Sequence record: MW825358.1
Reading direction: 5' to 3' (one strand)
DNA length: 64,000 nt
Shown: positions 27,501-35,089 of the stretch, one piece after another
Layout: each line of letters begins with the position of its first letter
Position numbering within the stretch: the first letter of the stretch is position 1
Program-made: the position numbers and the translations under genes
The notes under the pieces: generated by a model
Seen by the model: only the letters and a program-made list of their open reading frames with translations
Databases searched by the model: none
What the model was told of the DNA's origin: nothing

Positions 27501-29211
27501 GGCCAACGGTGCACCTTACCTGCTGCAGTCGGGTATGACGCAAGTCTTTATAGGCTCAGGCTCGGGTGGCTGGAATTCACGTGCCTTGCAGCTGAATGAC
27601 TTGCAATTAGATTACCTGCGTGTGGTGCGGGCCGATACCAATGGTTTGGTCACCGCTACTTCTTTTGCAGGTAACGGCTCAGCTCTGACCGGTGTGGTAA
27701 TCAATGACAGTGTCGGTGTGAACGGTCTGGCTTTGAGCTGGACTAATGGACAACCGACATTGCGTGTGGATGCAACTACCATGCGGTTGGCTCTGTATAG
27801 CGATATCGTGGGCGGCGGTTCAAGCTCTACCCCCACCTTTGCAGGGCTGAAACTGGCAGGGGCCTCTGGCACTGACGTCACCACACAGGTCTCAGGTGCG
27901 ATTGCCTCGAGTCAATCCTTAGGCGGTTGGTATGGTGGCGATGCAGCAGGTATCCAAGCGGCTATCAACTTCCGCGCTTCTCAGGCTTGGGGTTCGGGTG
28001 CGAAGGGTACGCAGATCAACTTCCGCGTGACGCCCATTGGGTCTACGGCTCTGACCGATGCTGGTTTTATCAACAGCTACGGTGAATTGCTCATGAACAA
28101 TCGGCTCATGGCCAAGGCCAATACCACTGCGTCGGCGCAGACCACAGGTCAGTACGCAGTGCTTCAGCACAATGGCACCACCGGTCGGTTGTTTGCACAC
28201 GACTACGCCACCTCCACGTATATGCCGATGCTTTACCAGGCCATGGCACACACCTTTGAAGGTGAGGTACGTACGGGCGGGGCCAATAGCTTCCGAATGG
28301 TCAATGGTAACTACGGGATCTTCCAACGTAATGACTCAACCAACTGGTACATGCTCATCACCGCCAGCGGCGATCAGTATGGCGGTTGGAACGGACTGCG
28401 TCCGCTGAACATTAACCTGGCCAATGGTCTGACCAGTGTGGGTAATGGCTTGAGCGTCACAGGCGGATTGGTGAGCAACGGCGATATCAATGCCACAGGT
28501 ATTGTCCGTGGCGCCAGTGGCGGTGTGGGTCGTGCGATTGATATTGGCAACGATTCTTCGTTGTGGGATATCGATGTGGCCAACACGGCCAGTTTGCGTG
28601 GTCAGCAGGACAATACCCAAGGTGCTTTGCAGTTCGGTTCGGGTGGTCCCACCATTGGTCGATCCGGGACGCAAAACCTTGTGTACTCCACCGGTGGCCT
28701 GTGGATTCCCACTTTAGCCATCGGTCAGTACGATACAGACCTGTTGCTGTATGAGACCGGTAACAATAACAACACCTTGGGTGTGCGCACCGGCGATGCT
28801 AATGGTTATCGCTACTTCGCCTTCTCCTCAGATGGTACCTTCTACGCCCAAGAGGTCGCTTTGACCTCGGACCGGAGCCTGAAGAAGAACATCCGTTCTT
28901 TGAAGTCCAACGGTCGCCTGCGCCCGGTACAATACGACTGGCGCGATGGCTCTGGCTTTGACATGGGCTTTATTGCCCAAGACGTGCAAAAGAACTACCC
29001 GCACGCAGTCACAGTCGATGAGCAAACCGGCAAGCTCTCGGTTAAATACCAGAAGTTGCTACCGGTGGTGGCCAAGCAGGTTAATGATGTGGAAGATATT
29101 GTTGTTGCCCAGCAACGCAAGATCAATGAGCTTCAAACCAGCAACAAGCAACTGGCTAAGCGCCTGACACAATTGGAACGTGTCATGAAGAAGTTGCTCA
29201 AGGCAGCATAG
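24547..29211 (+). CDS. Long mosaic tail fibre protein with C-terminal peptidase S74 chaperone
   Basis: ATG at 24547 after RBS aagga; shares N-terminal and shaft repeats with the previous fibre; TSDRSLKKNI...GFIAQDVQKNYP. Confidence 0.9.
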   Translation: MFKYLSLAGLDFTDEVLAGQHVTVRTGPGDDDFVNVLLGDFRTFMTELVQQRIDDLAGEIGDNTGPSIWPALRTMTLVGPIGGTVSFDGSSDFTLFTTVADNALPISKVDGLQGILDSLQQGGVIEAANKLATARTIALSGLVTGSVAFDGSQNVSIATSIADGALTLAKVSGLNSALDAKAPLNAPTFTGLVTTKGPSLDVWAQDASSSAGVIFRNSTGQEQGCLFWDPTTDTMTLRRTADGGVGAAGELVIYNDRMTLNGNNLWHAGNFNPATVGYLSNVATTYESGANANALTAGSKAMMHNSNANTPGTASTYWYIETLMIGASSTNLLQRAYAVVGDDAYTRYCTAGTWGSWRRVWNSSNFTPTSKLDSNANAVSASKLVSARTIALTGLVTATGSFDGSDNLSLATSIADGALSIAKVSGLQTALNNLAAKNGATLTNSTLAGTTTVTGDIIPDVDNVHSLGAPDKMWRDMYIGPGSLYINGQKVLEENDGTIRMTADPGQNIAVQTTGSGDIELAPQGTGLIQLKGPVSFLGGQKIRTSNGSPLLFDEELQFTAGNGIVGGLTIDGSAAWHAGNQLALGTTQSAARTALALVPGTNVQAYSANLTSWAGIDPASKVDVVSLSGQDSRAEQGIGAIRTDQGAPTFYQASAPVITGERRNRFTVTDARTAAITIPVGSSTAVVSLDADAYAPDGSKSVRKIVNTAAGTYRWGNTASGTAGVSYTGSIYVRSADGVSRSGSLNINDSGSNKSITVTGKWQRVFHSGAHASQTNHFLDLILPAGNYHVYGVQFELGELSAYQGVRSTTDYDGSGLPVGTTWFNTADGNKPSRYDGSAFVDVSDIRTSATVPTARGGTGLTSFTANRLFYATDAATMGQLAATANTVVIHNSSGVPTASTTLPSALSIGDIRIGNNNSLSAAGTNLSTATAIAWDYARIMTATAGQGVRLPSPGGGKQVRLYNGSGVAVNVYPTNTSQSIDNLANGAPYLLQSGMTQVFIGSGSGGWNSRALQLNDLQLDYLRVVRADTNGLVTATSFAGNGSALTGVVINDSVGVNGLALSWTNGQPTLRVDATTMRLALYSDIVGGGSSSTPTFAGLKLAGASGTDVTTQVSGAIASSQSLGGWYGGDAAGIQAAINFRASQAWGSGAKGTQINFRVTPIGSTALTDAGFINSYGELLMNNRLMAKANTTASAQTTGQYAVLQHNGTTGRLFAHDYATSTYMPMLYQAMAHTFEGEVRTGGANSFRMVNGNYGIFQRNDSTNWYMLITASGDQYGGWNGLRPLNINLANGLTSVGNGLSVTGGLVSNGDINATGIVRGASGGVGRAIDIGNDSSLWDIDVANTASLRGQQDNTQGALQFGSGGPTIGRSGTQNLVYSTGGLWIPTLAIGQYDTDLLLYETGNNNNTLGVRTGDANGYRYFAFSSDGTFYAQEVALTSDRSLKKNIRSLKSNGRLRPVQYDWRDGSGFDMGFIAQDVQKNYPHAVTVDEQTGKLSVKYQKLLPVVAKQVNDVEDIVVAQQRKINELQTSNKQLAKRLTQLERVMKKLLKAA

Positions 29212-29240
29212 AGGCTGTAGGGGACACGGAGGTCCCCTAC
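29206..29240 (+). terminator. Hairpin with upstream GCATAG box overlapping the stop codon
   Basis: gtaggggac-acggag-gtcccctac (29217-29240). Confidence 0.55.
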
Positions 29241-29265
29241 CCTTCCTAATTCTTTCGAGGACATC

Positions 29266-29715
29266 ATGTCAAACACCAACAACGCCCGGTTTGTGGATAT
29301 GGGCGGCGGGAACATCGCAGAGATGATCTCCCATCAAGTTCAGGTCTTTTGGAACCCGACCTTACAATCGGCGCGAGTAGTGTTTAATGGTGCCCCGTAC
29401 ATGCTCATGGGAACCAAGTACATTAAGATCGGTGAGAGTACGGATATGCTCGAGCAAGATCTGACCGGTATCTTGCACCTGAAGCTGATTCCGCCTGGCA
29501 CGATCGATCCTGTCACAGGGGCTGATCTTTCCAATATCTCCCTGGCCGGGGTCGTTTTGATCCATAAAGGCGCCTACGACTTTTTCTACAACGTCAAAGC
29601 TGGCACACCCGGTTATCCACTGGCCCAGACCATCACCGGTACCCAGCCCACCTACCAAGGTGAGAATGCCGGTAAGGTCGTTGGTAACCTGGAAGATGCC
29701 ACCCCGTCTTTGTAA
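29266..29715 (+). CDS. Tail-fibre-associated hypothetical protein (possible assembly factor)
   Basis: RBS gagga; DPVTGADLSNISLAG motif that I recall beside tail fibres in phages of Xanthomonadaceae (unverified). Confidence 0.6.
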   Translation: MSNTNNARFVDMGGGNIAEMISHQVQVFWNPTLQSARVVFNGAPYMLMGTKYIKIGESTDMLEQDLTGILHLKLIPPGTIDPVTGADLSNISLAGVVLIHKGAYDFFYNVKAGTPGYPLAQTITGTQPTYQGENAGKVVGNLEDATPSL

Positions 29716-29724
29716 GGAGCCGTC

Positions 29725-30246
29725 ATGGCACTTGGTACACGACCTAGTTTCTCCCAAGTCCGGGCCTTCTTTAACGGCCCGGCCAATCTGTCTGCCTACG
29801 TTCGTGGCGGTGCTTACGTACCTAATATCCCGGCCAATGCCAATATCTCCACCACGGTCAATGGGTTGCGCTTGAGCCAGTTCTCCGGTGCAGATAACGT
29901 CGCAGCGCCCACGATCAATGCCTCCAACAACAGTCCTTCTGTCAGTGGTAGCGGTCGTGCCACCAATCCGCCTCAGACACTTTCGTTTACGGTCTCTGGC
30001 TCTGGCGGCAATGGTAGCTATACCTGGAACGGTGTGTCAGTGGTGGCCAATAGTGGGACGGTGACCTCCTCTAGCGCATCGATGAGCGGAACCACGGTGA
30101 CGGTCAACTGTAATCACGCAGTCAATCCGGGCGACTACGATAACGCCACAGTTACAGTTCGTATTTCCATGACCTCTAACGGTCAAACTGTTACCCGCGA
30201 TATCAACTGTAGCTTTAACTACACCCATACAGGCACGCCCATTTAA
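29725..30246 (+). CDS. Putative tail fibre tip adhesin (gp38-like N-terminal attachment motif)
   Basis: MALGTRPSFSQVRAFF..LSAYVRGGAYVP..NANISTTVNGLRLSQFSG resembles adhesin N-termini of the MALP.SG.ISL...S.YYRGG..VP...N..IP....I.LS.FYG type; Ser/Thr/Gly-rich beta C-terminus. Confidence 0.6.
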   Translation: MALGTRPSFSQVRAFFNGPANLSAYVRGGAYVPNIPANANISTTVNGLRLSQFSGADNVAAPTINASNNSPSVSGSGRATNPPQTLSFTVSGSGGNGSYTWNGVSVVANSGTVTSSSASMSGTTVTVNCNHAVNPGDYDNATVTVRISMTSNGQTVTRDINCSFNYTHTGTPI

Positions 30247-30292
30247 TGCGTGGGTGGGGAGTCGGTAAATCTTCACACCCAGTGTCTGAACA

Positions 30293-30298
30293 TATGAC
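30293..30298 (+). promoter_or_regulatory. Candidate late promoter TATGAC
   Basis: About 35 nt upstream of the structural gene at 30331; same hexamer precedes other late genes. Confidence 0.4.
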
Positions 30299-30330
30299 AC
30301 TAGCATTTAGGACTCGACTAAGGTAAGCCC

Positions 30331-30861
30331 ATGGGGAATCCAGCTCCTACCGACCGTCGATTCGATAAACCGACCCACGAATCGTTGATTGACCTAATCA
30401 ACTACTCCAACAAGTCGTACATCGGATACGATGAGATCGAAGCCGATCAGATTACTCCTGTGAATGGAGGATCTGTCTCTATCAACACCAGTGTACGGAT
30501 CCGTCTGAAGGGTGCCGCTGAGAACGCGCCCTATGCCATCATGCGCTATGCGCGCTTGGACTTGTCTGAGTACATTCCCAATCCCGAAGACTTCCGCTTT
30601 GACTCCATGGTCGATGCTGATTCGGTCTTTGCCCAACTGAAAGCCCTGCACCATATCCAGCTCAGTGAACTTGACTGTGCGGTGGTCATTGGTGAGATTC
30701 TCAGTGACGGCACGCGGGAGATTACCTTCCTACCCTTTGCCGGCCATCCGGTTTGGATAGGCGAGCTGACTGTGAAGGGCGTACCCACCAACCACTTGGC
30801 CAACACGATGGCCGAGGGTGATCTAGATGGGTTCACTTTAGCACAACTGGCTTATCAGTAA
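30331..30861 (+). CDS. Virion structural protein (YxRLDL family)
   Basis: MRYARLDLSEYI and HPVWIGEL motifs; C-terminal GDLDGF. Confidence 0.7.
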   Translation: MGNPAPTDRRFDKPTHESLIDLINYSNKSYIGYDEIEADQITPVNGGSVSINTSVRIRLKGAAENAPYAIMRYARLDLSEYIPNPEDFRFDSMVDADSVFAQLKALHHIQLSELDCAVVIGEILSDGTREITFLPFAGHPVWIGELTVKGVPTNHLANTMAEGDLDGFTLAQLAYQ

Positions 30862-30866
30862 GGCTT

Positions 30867-30895
30867 GCTGGAGGTCTTCGGACCTCCAGCTATGC
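30867..30895. terminator. Hairpin followed by TATGC
   Basis: gctggaggtc-ttcg-gacctccagc. Confidence 0.65.
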
Positions 30896-31047
30896 TGTCA
30901 ATATTCGTTGATAGTCAAGTCCGTTATAGTGTGACTACTCCTGACCTGTTACGCACCGAGCGTCGTAGCGACAGGCCTTCACCAGTCCGCCGTCCTTCCG
31001 GCTCGGAAACGGAACTTGTCCCTTTAGAAAGATTGGAGCATTCTCAA

Positions 31048-31911
31048 ATGGCAACTGTGCCGCGCGTTATTACGCGCACTATCAACGGCTCGCGCATTCT
31101 TGCGGCGATGCAACAGGGTAAGGCCTATGTGGCCGTGCCCAACACCACCTTAAACGAGGCGCTGGGGATCAATGCTGCGCTGCAGCCTGAGAACTCTGCC
31201 CAACCGATCGTGGCCTACTACGGTATCGGTAACAATGGCCACGTCTTCCGGACGGCCGGCGATGGCATGCAGTATCCGCAGGCACGTAAGCATTCCCCGG
31301 ATGACTTTGGCCTGTACAACCAGATCCCGTTCTTGCTGCGCGATCCGGATGATGACATCACCGCCGCTGAGCGTGCCAACTACGGTCTGCGTAAGATCAT
31401 CACGGTCAACAACGTCAACTATATCGCCTACTACCTCAAGCGTTTGATCATCTCAGCCGATCCGGTGAAGATGCTTCAGATCACGGTGCAAGACGGCGTG
31501 TCGACCTCGGTGGAGTTTATCCCCACCCAAGCCAATCTCAACCCGACCCCGACAGACCCGGCCGCTACCGGTGCGGTGAGCACCGATGGTACCTATCTGG
31601 TGACCTCGGCCATTGCCACCATCGAATTCAGTGAGAACGATGTCACTGAGCTGATGGAAGTGGCCCGGATCATGTACGGAACCGTGGAGCGGGCGTTGAT
31701 CTCTGAGCTGGCCATCGTGGCTGGCGCAGATCGTATCGTCTCGATCACCGATCCGGGTCAGAGTCCGTTCAATATGCGTGAGGTGGTGGCCGCTCAGATC
31801 GTCACCCACATCACAGGCCTGTGGCCGGTGGCGTACTACGCCAATGGCTTTACCTATGCGCTGGATATTGGTGCCAATGAGCCCAAGACCGGCATTACCA
31901 CAGGCACCTAA
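31048..31911 (+). CDS. Virion structural protein, probable tail/baseplate (phiKZ gp139-like)
   Basis: Start at ATG 31048 with RBS ggag; NTTLNE, YYGIGNNGH, LYNQIPFLLR and YIAYYLKR motifs. Confidence 0.7.
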   Translation: MATVPRVITRTINGSRILAAMQQGKAYVAVPNTTLNEALGINAALQPENSAQPIVAYYGIGNNGHVFRTAGDGMQYPQARKHSPDDFGLYNQIPFLLRDPDDDITAAERANYGLRKIITVNNVNYIAYYLKRLIISADPVKMLQITVQDGVSTSVEFIPTQANLNPTPTDPAATGAVSTDGTYLVTSAIATIEFSENDVTELMEVARIMYGTVERALISELAIVAGADRIVSITDPGQSPFNMREVVAAQIVTHITGLWPVAYYANGFTYALDIGANEPKTGITTGT

Positions 31912-31930
31912 GGCCTGAAGAGGAATTACC

Positions 31931-32515
31931 ATGATACCACGTACTGAAAACAGTACACCGTTTCGCGTGGTAGGCATTGACCCCGGTACGGAGAATCTCG
32001 GGTTCTCCGTACTGGATCTTGACTTGCACGTTGGCCGGATTCACGTTGCCCACTCTGAAACGATCTTGACCACAAAGATGATCAAGGACTATCGGATTGA
32101 AGAACAGACTCACGGCATGCGTACGGCAAGACTGATGGCGCTGGAAGATCGTTTGTTCGTCTTGTTCGAACTCTTCCAGCCCAACGCTATCTGCACAGAG
32201 TCCCCATTTCTGGGACGCTTCCCACAAGCTTTTGCAGCACTGACTGAATGCGTGAGCTATGTGCGGCGGGCCGTGCACCGGTTTGACCGGTACCTGCCCT
32301 TGGAGATGGTTGATCCACCTACAGCCAAGAAAGCTGTGGGCATGACAGTCAAACGCGGTATTACGAAAGACGATGTCAAGGAAGCGGTGCGGAAGCTGGA
32401 GATCACCTATGCAGAGGGTATTGCCCTGGATGCATTAGATGAGCACCAAGTGGACTCAATCGCGGTGGCCTACTACCACACGCTGTACTTCAAAAGCCAA
32501 ATCCCCGACTCCTAA
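31931..32515 (+). CDS. ruvC: RuvC-like Holliday junction resolvase
   Basis: VVGIDPG (catalytic D), ICTESPF (E), PTAKKAVG, KDDVKEAV, DEHQVDSIAVA (D..D). Confidence 0.9.
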   Translation: MIPRTENSTPFRVVGIDPGTENLGFSVLDLDLHVGRIHVAHSETILTTKMIKDYRIEEQTHGMRTARLMALEDRLFVLFELFQPNAICTESPFLGRFPQAFAALTECVSYVRRAVHRFDRYLPLEMVDPPTAKKAVGMTVKRGITKDDVKEAVRKLEITYAEGIALDALDEHQVDSIAVAYYHTLYFKSQIPDS

Positions 32516-32527
32516 AGGAGCATTGCA

Positions 32528-33016
32528 ATGAAGCTAGATGAAGCCCTAGCCCTTGCCGGGGAGCATCCGTTGTCCACGTACGCTTGGGGCGTTGGCGCGG
32601 TGATTCTCTTCAATTCGCTGGTAGCCAAAGACCAGCAGATCGATGTTAATCACAGCGGTCAACAAGCCCATGACAAGCTGCGCCGGCTTCCTTCTTCCAC
32701 CTTGGCTGCCATCTTGGTCCGTGAGGTCCAAATTGAAGGTAGCAATATCGAGTTTCTGCCAACTGTTGGGGAACAAAGTCAGGGGCGTCCGCCCACCATT
32801 CCTTCAGGACGTAAGGCCAATCCGGTCATTACCCTGGTGATGGTGGTGCTGGCGGCAGTATCCATTGGTTTGGTGATCAGCAACTATCGTACGGGCAGCG
32901 ATGCGCAAAAGGCCGCCACGGCCGATGTGCTGAAAGTCGTTGTCCAGACCATGGGTGAGCTGGCCAAAGAAAGCAATGACACTGCGAAGCAAAATACAGA
33001 TGCGCCTCAGCAATAA
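32528..33016 (+). CDS. Hypothetical membrane protein
   Basis: Hydrophobic segments AWGVGAVILFNSLV and VITLVMVVLAAVSIGLVIS. Confidence 0.6.
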   Translation: MKLDEALALAGEHPLSTYAWGVGAVILFNSLVAKDQQIDVNHSGQQAHDKLRRLPSSTLAAILVREVQIEGSNIEFLPTVGEQSQGRPPTIPSGRKANPVITLVMVVLAAVSIGLVISNYRTGSDAQKAATADVLKVVVQTMGELAKESNDTAKQNTDAPQQ

Positions 33017-33021
33017 GGCAA

Positions 33022-33057
33022 CATAAGCCCCCGCCTTGAAAGGCGGGGGTCTATGCC
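33022..33057. terminator. Bidirectional terminator, CATAA/CTATGCC flanked
   Basis: gcccccgcct-tgaa-aggcgggggt between convergent genes. Confidence 0.75.
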
Positions 33058-33066
33058 GTTAAAAGG

Positions 33067-33675
33067 TCAAGCCAGCTGCTGGGCCACTTCGGTGCGCACA
33101 GGAGACAGGGCTTTGGTGACTTGTCGCAAGATGGCTGTCGGTTCACGGTAGGTGCCGTACTCCTTCATGTACTTGGTTTCCAGTTCACGCTTGTTGGCCG
33201 TCTTCTCTGTGCTCGGACCCCAACCTAACAGGCCCCACAGGCGCACTGCGACAAACATCGCATAGCGCAGATACCACTTAACCCCTGCCGCATCCATGGC
33301 ATCAAGGAAGATAAAGTCTGCTTCCTTACGGGAGATCTGATAGGGGACATCATCCTTGTACATGGTCTTGGTTTCGCACAGAATGTCGTGCAAGACCGCA
33401 GCCTGTCCGTAGTTGCCCCACGGCGGGACCAACCACCACAAGGGCTTGGGAACGCTAGCACCATCGCTTAAGAAACCAGCCGGTACATAGCCCCAGATGT
33501 TGGATTGCTTTTCGCTTTTGTAGTAGCGAAAGGACCGCTTGATCTTGTAGTAGGAACCTCCAAGTAGCTCAGAGGCTACCGGGTCATATTCCATCTGCAA
33601 ATCGGTATCAAAGTTGGTAAAACTCTCAGCCTGCTGCAACTGGGTCGCAGTTGGCACGTAGGGTGTGATTTGCAT
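33067..33675 (-). CDS. DUF1353 domain protein
   Basis: VPAGFLSDGASVPKPLWWLVPPWGNYGQAAVLHDILC...SRKEADFIFLDAM..GV signature. Confidence 0.88.
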   Translation of the reverse strand: MQITPYVPTATQLQQAESFTNFDTDLQMEYDPVASELLGGSYYKIKRSFRYYKSEKQSNIWGYVPAGFLSDGASVPKPLWWLVPPWGNYGQAAVLHDILCETKTMYKDDVPYQISRKEADFIFLDAMDAAGVKWYLRYAMFVAVRLWGLLGWGPSTEKTANKRELETKYMKEYGTYREPTAILRQVTKALSPVRTEVAQQLA

Positions 33676-33691
33676 TGTTGCTCCTTGATCG

Positions 33692-33730
33692 AATAAAAAC
33701 CCGGGAGGCGAACCTCCCGGGATCTATGCC
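33692..33730 (-). terminator. Intrinsic terminator on the minus strand with upstream GGCATAG
   Basis: cccgggagg/cctcccggg stem, UUCG loop on the minus strand, followed by tttttatt. Confidence 0.8.
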
Positions 33731-33733
33731 GCT

Positions 33734-35080
33734 TTACTGAATTTGCTTGACAGCGTTGTGGGTGGCAATGCGTCGACCCGGGTGTTCACCGGAGAAGAAC
33801 GAATGATCATCCACGTTAAAGAAGACTACATCGCGGATACCCACGTACTCCATTGACGTCACCGGCTCCCAACGCAGGACCCCGTAATCGTCAACCAACA
33901 CCAACTCGCCCACCATCTCAGGACCAAACATCTTGGTACTGCCATCTTGCAGGGTCATCGGTGTGGAGTCAGAGGCCACAATGGAAATACCCGACTCAGA
34001 GACCATGCGATAGCACGGCTGGGGCATGACCTTGTTCTGGCGTACTTGACGCGAGACAATGGCATCAGGATTGTAATCCGTACCATCAATCCACTCGCCA
34101 ATGGCAATATCCTTGGCCTGACGCTGCTCATCCATCCAGGTCTCAACCCACACACAGCCGGTGTCACCACCGCCTCCGCCACCACCTCCGCCACCTCCAC
34201 CACCCCCGGCGCCAGAGCCATCTTCACGGGTGATGATGACCATGTTCTGGGTTACGTTGAGGGTGACAAAGTTGAAGCGGAACTGAAGTACAGCATTGCC
34301 GTTGCGACGGATGGTCACTAAGATGCGACCACGGTTATACCGACGCAAGGCCGCGTTGGGATCTCGTTGAGAGTAGTTGTTGGCGGTGGTAGTCATATCC
34401 GCACCAATCTCAACGGAGCGATCGGTATTGACTGGCATGTTATTGCCAAGACCATAGATCGTGCCAGATTGGACGTTGAATGAACCGTAGTTACCCTGCT
34501 GCCATTGATACCCGCTGGGACCTGCGCCACGTGGAATCCACAGGCGCCCATAGGTGTGCTCTTGGGTCTGGTAATCCACGGTATAGGCATCACCAAAGTC
34601 AGCTCGCGGAGACTGTGCCCATTGACCAGAGGCCACCACCCGCCCATTGGGGTAATGGTAGCTAACGGCATTGGCGTTATCTTCCAGGCGCTGGGCCAGG
34701 GAGACAAAGTTGCGAGTGTATTGGGTGATATCCCACGTCCCGTTGCGGCGTAAGGTGAAGACTAAACGATGCAAGGTGCGCGGGTTACCGTCCCAGTCCA
34801 CCGCTGAGGCATCAGACCACATCGAGTCGTAACTACCGACATCCCCCATCGAGGGGACCGTATAGGCCACCGTACCACGACCGGCCCAGGTGTTAGTTAC
34901 ATCCCAGCCATCACCTCGGTAATGTCCCACATCGGCAATCTTAGAACCATTGGCAATGGAGGCAAACCGCATGTAGCTGCCGTCTGCGTTAAAGAACCCC
35001 TCGATGGCCGGACCGTTAGGGTCCGGCTCGAAAAGGGTGTTAAACGACTGTCCAGCAGGATTGAAGAAGTAATCAGACAT
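33734..35080 (-). CDS. Putative tail-tip protein with poly-Gly linker and C-terminal Hint (intein/Hedgehog-like) domain
   Basis: Hint starts at G/CVWVETW (Cys codon 34154-34156) and ends at ...VVFFNVDDHSFF...IATHN/A (33755); N-terminus F..LFEP...G.....RFASIANGSKIADVGHY...D..N.WAGRG resembles fibre-associated small proteins. Confidence 0.82.
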   Translation of the reverse strand: MSDYFFNPAGQSFNTLFEPDPNGPAIEGFFNADGSYMRFASIANGSKIADVGHYRGDGWDVTNTWAGRGTVAYTVPSMGDVGSYDSMWSDASAVDWDGNPRTLHRLVFTLRRNGTWDITQYTRNFVSLAQRLEDNANAVSYHYPNGRVVASGQWAQSPRADFGDAYTVDYQTQEHTYGRLWIPRGAGPSGYQWQQGNYGSFNVQSGTIYGLGNNMPVNTDRSVEIGADMTTTANNYSQRDPNAALRRYNRGRILVTIRRNGNAVLQFRFNFVTLNVTQNMVIITREDGSGAGGGGGGGGGGGGGGDTGCVWVETWMDEQRQAKDIAIGEWIDGTDYNPDAIVSRQVRQNKVMPQPCYRMVSESGISIVASDSTPMTLQDGSTKMFGPEMVGELVLVDDYGVLRWEPVTSMEYVGIRDVVFFNVDDHSFFSGEHPGRRIATHNAVKQIQ

Positions 35081-35089
35081 GGAGCCTCC

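Noticed and set aside
30865-31047. Upstream extension of ORF 30865
   Set aside because: Begins inside a UUCG hairpin; an RBS is present only before ATG 31048.
32528-33016. Holin call for the membrane protein
   Set aside because: Hydrophobic segments alone are insufficient, and there is no adjacent endolysin.
33755-34156. Mobile intein or homing element
   Set aside because: No endonuclease domain, +1 residue is Ala, and the C-extein is only 6 aa; it is a Hint fusion, not a splicing intein.
34166-34210. Phase-variable microsatellite
   Set aside because: The poly-Gly is encoded by mixed GGN codons, consistent with a protein linker rather than a slippage tract.
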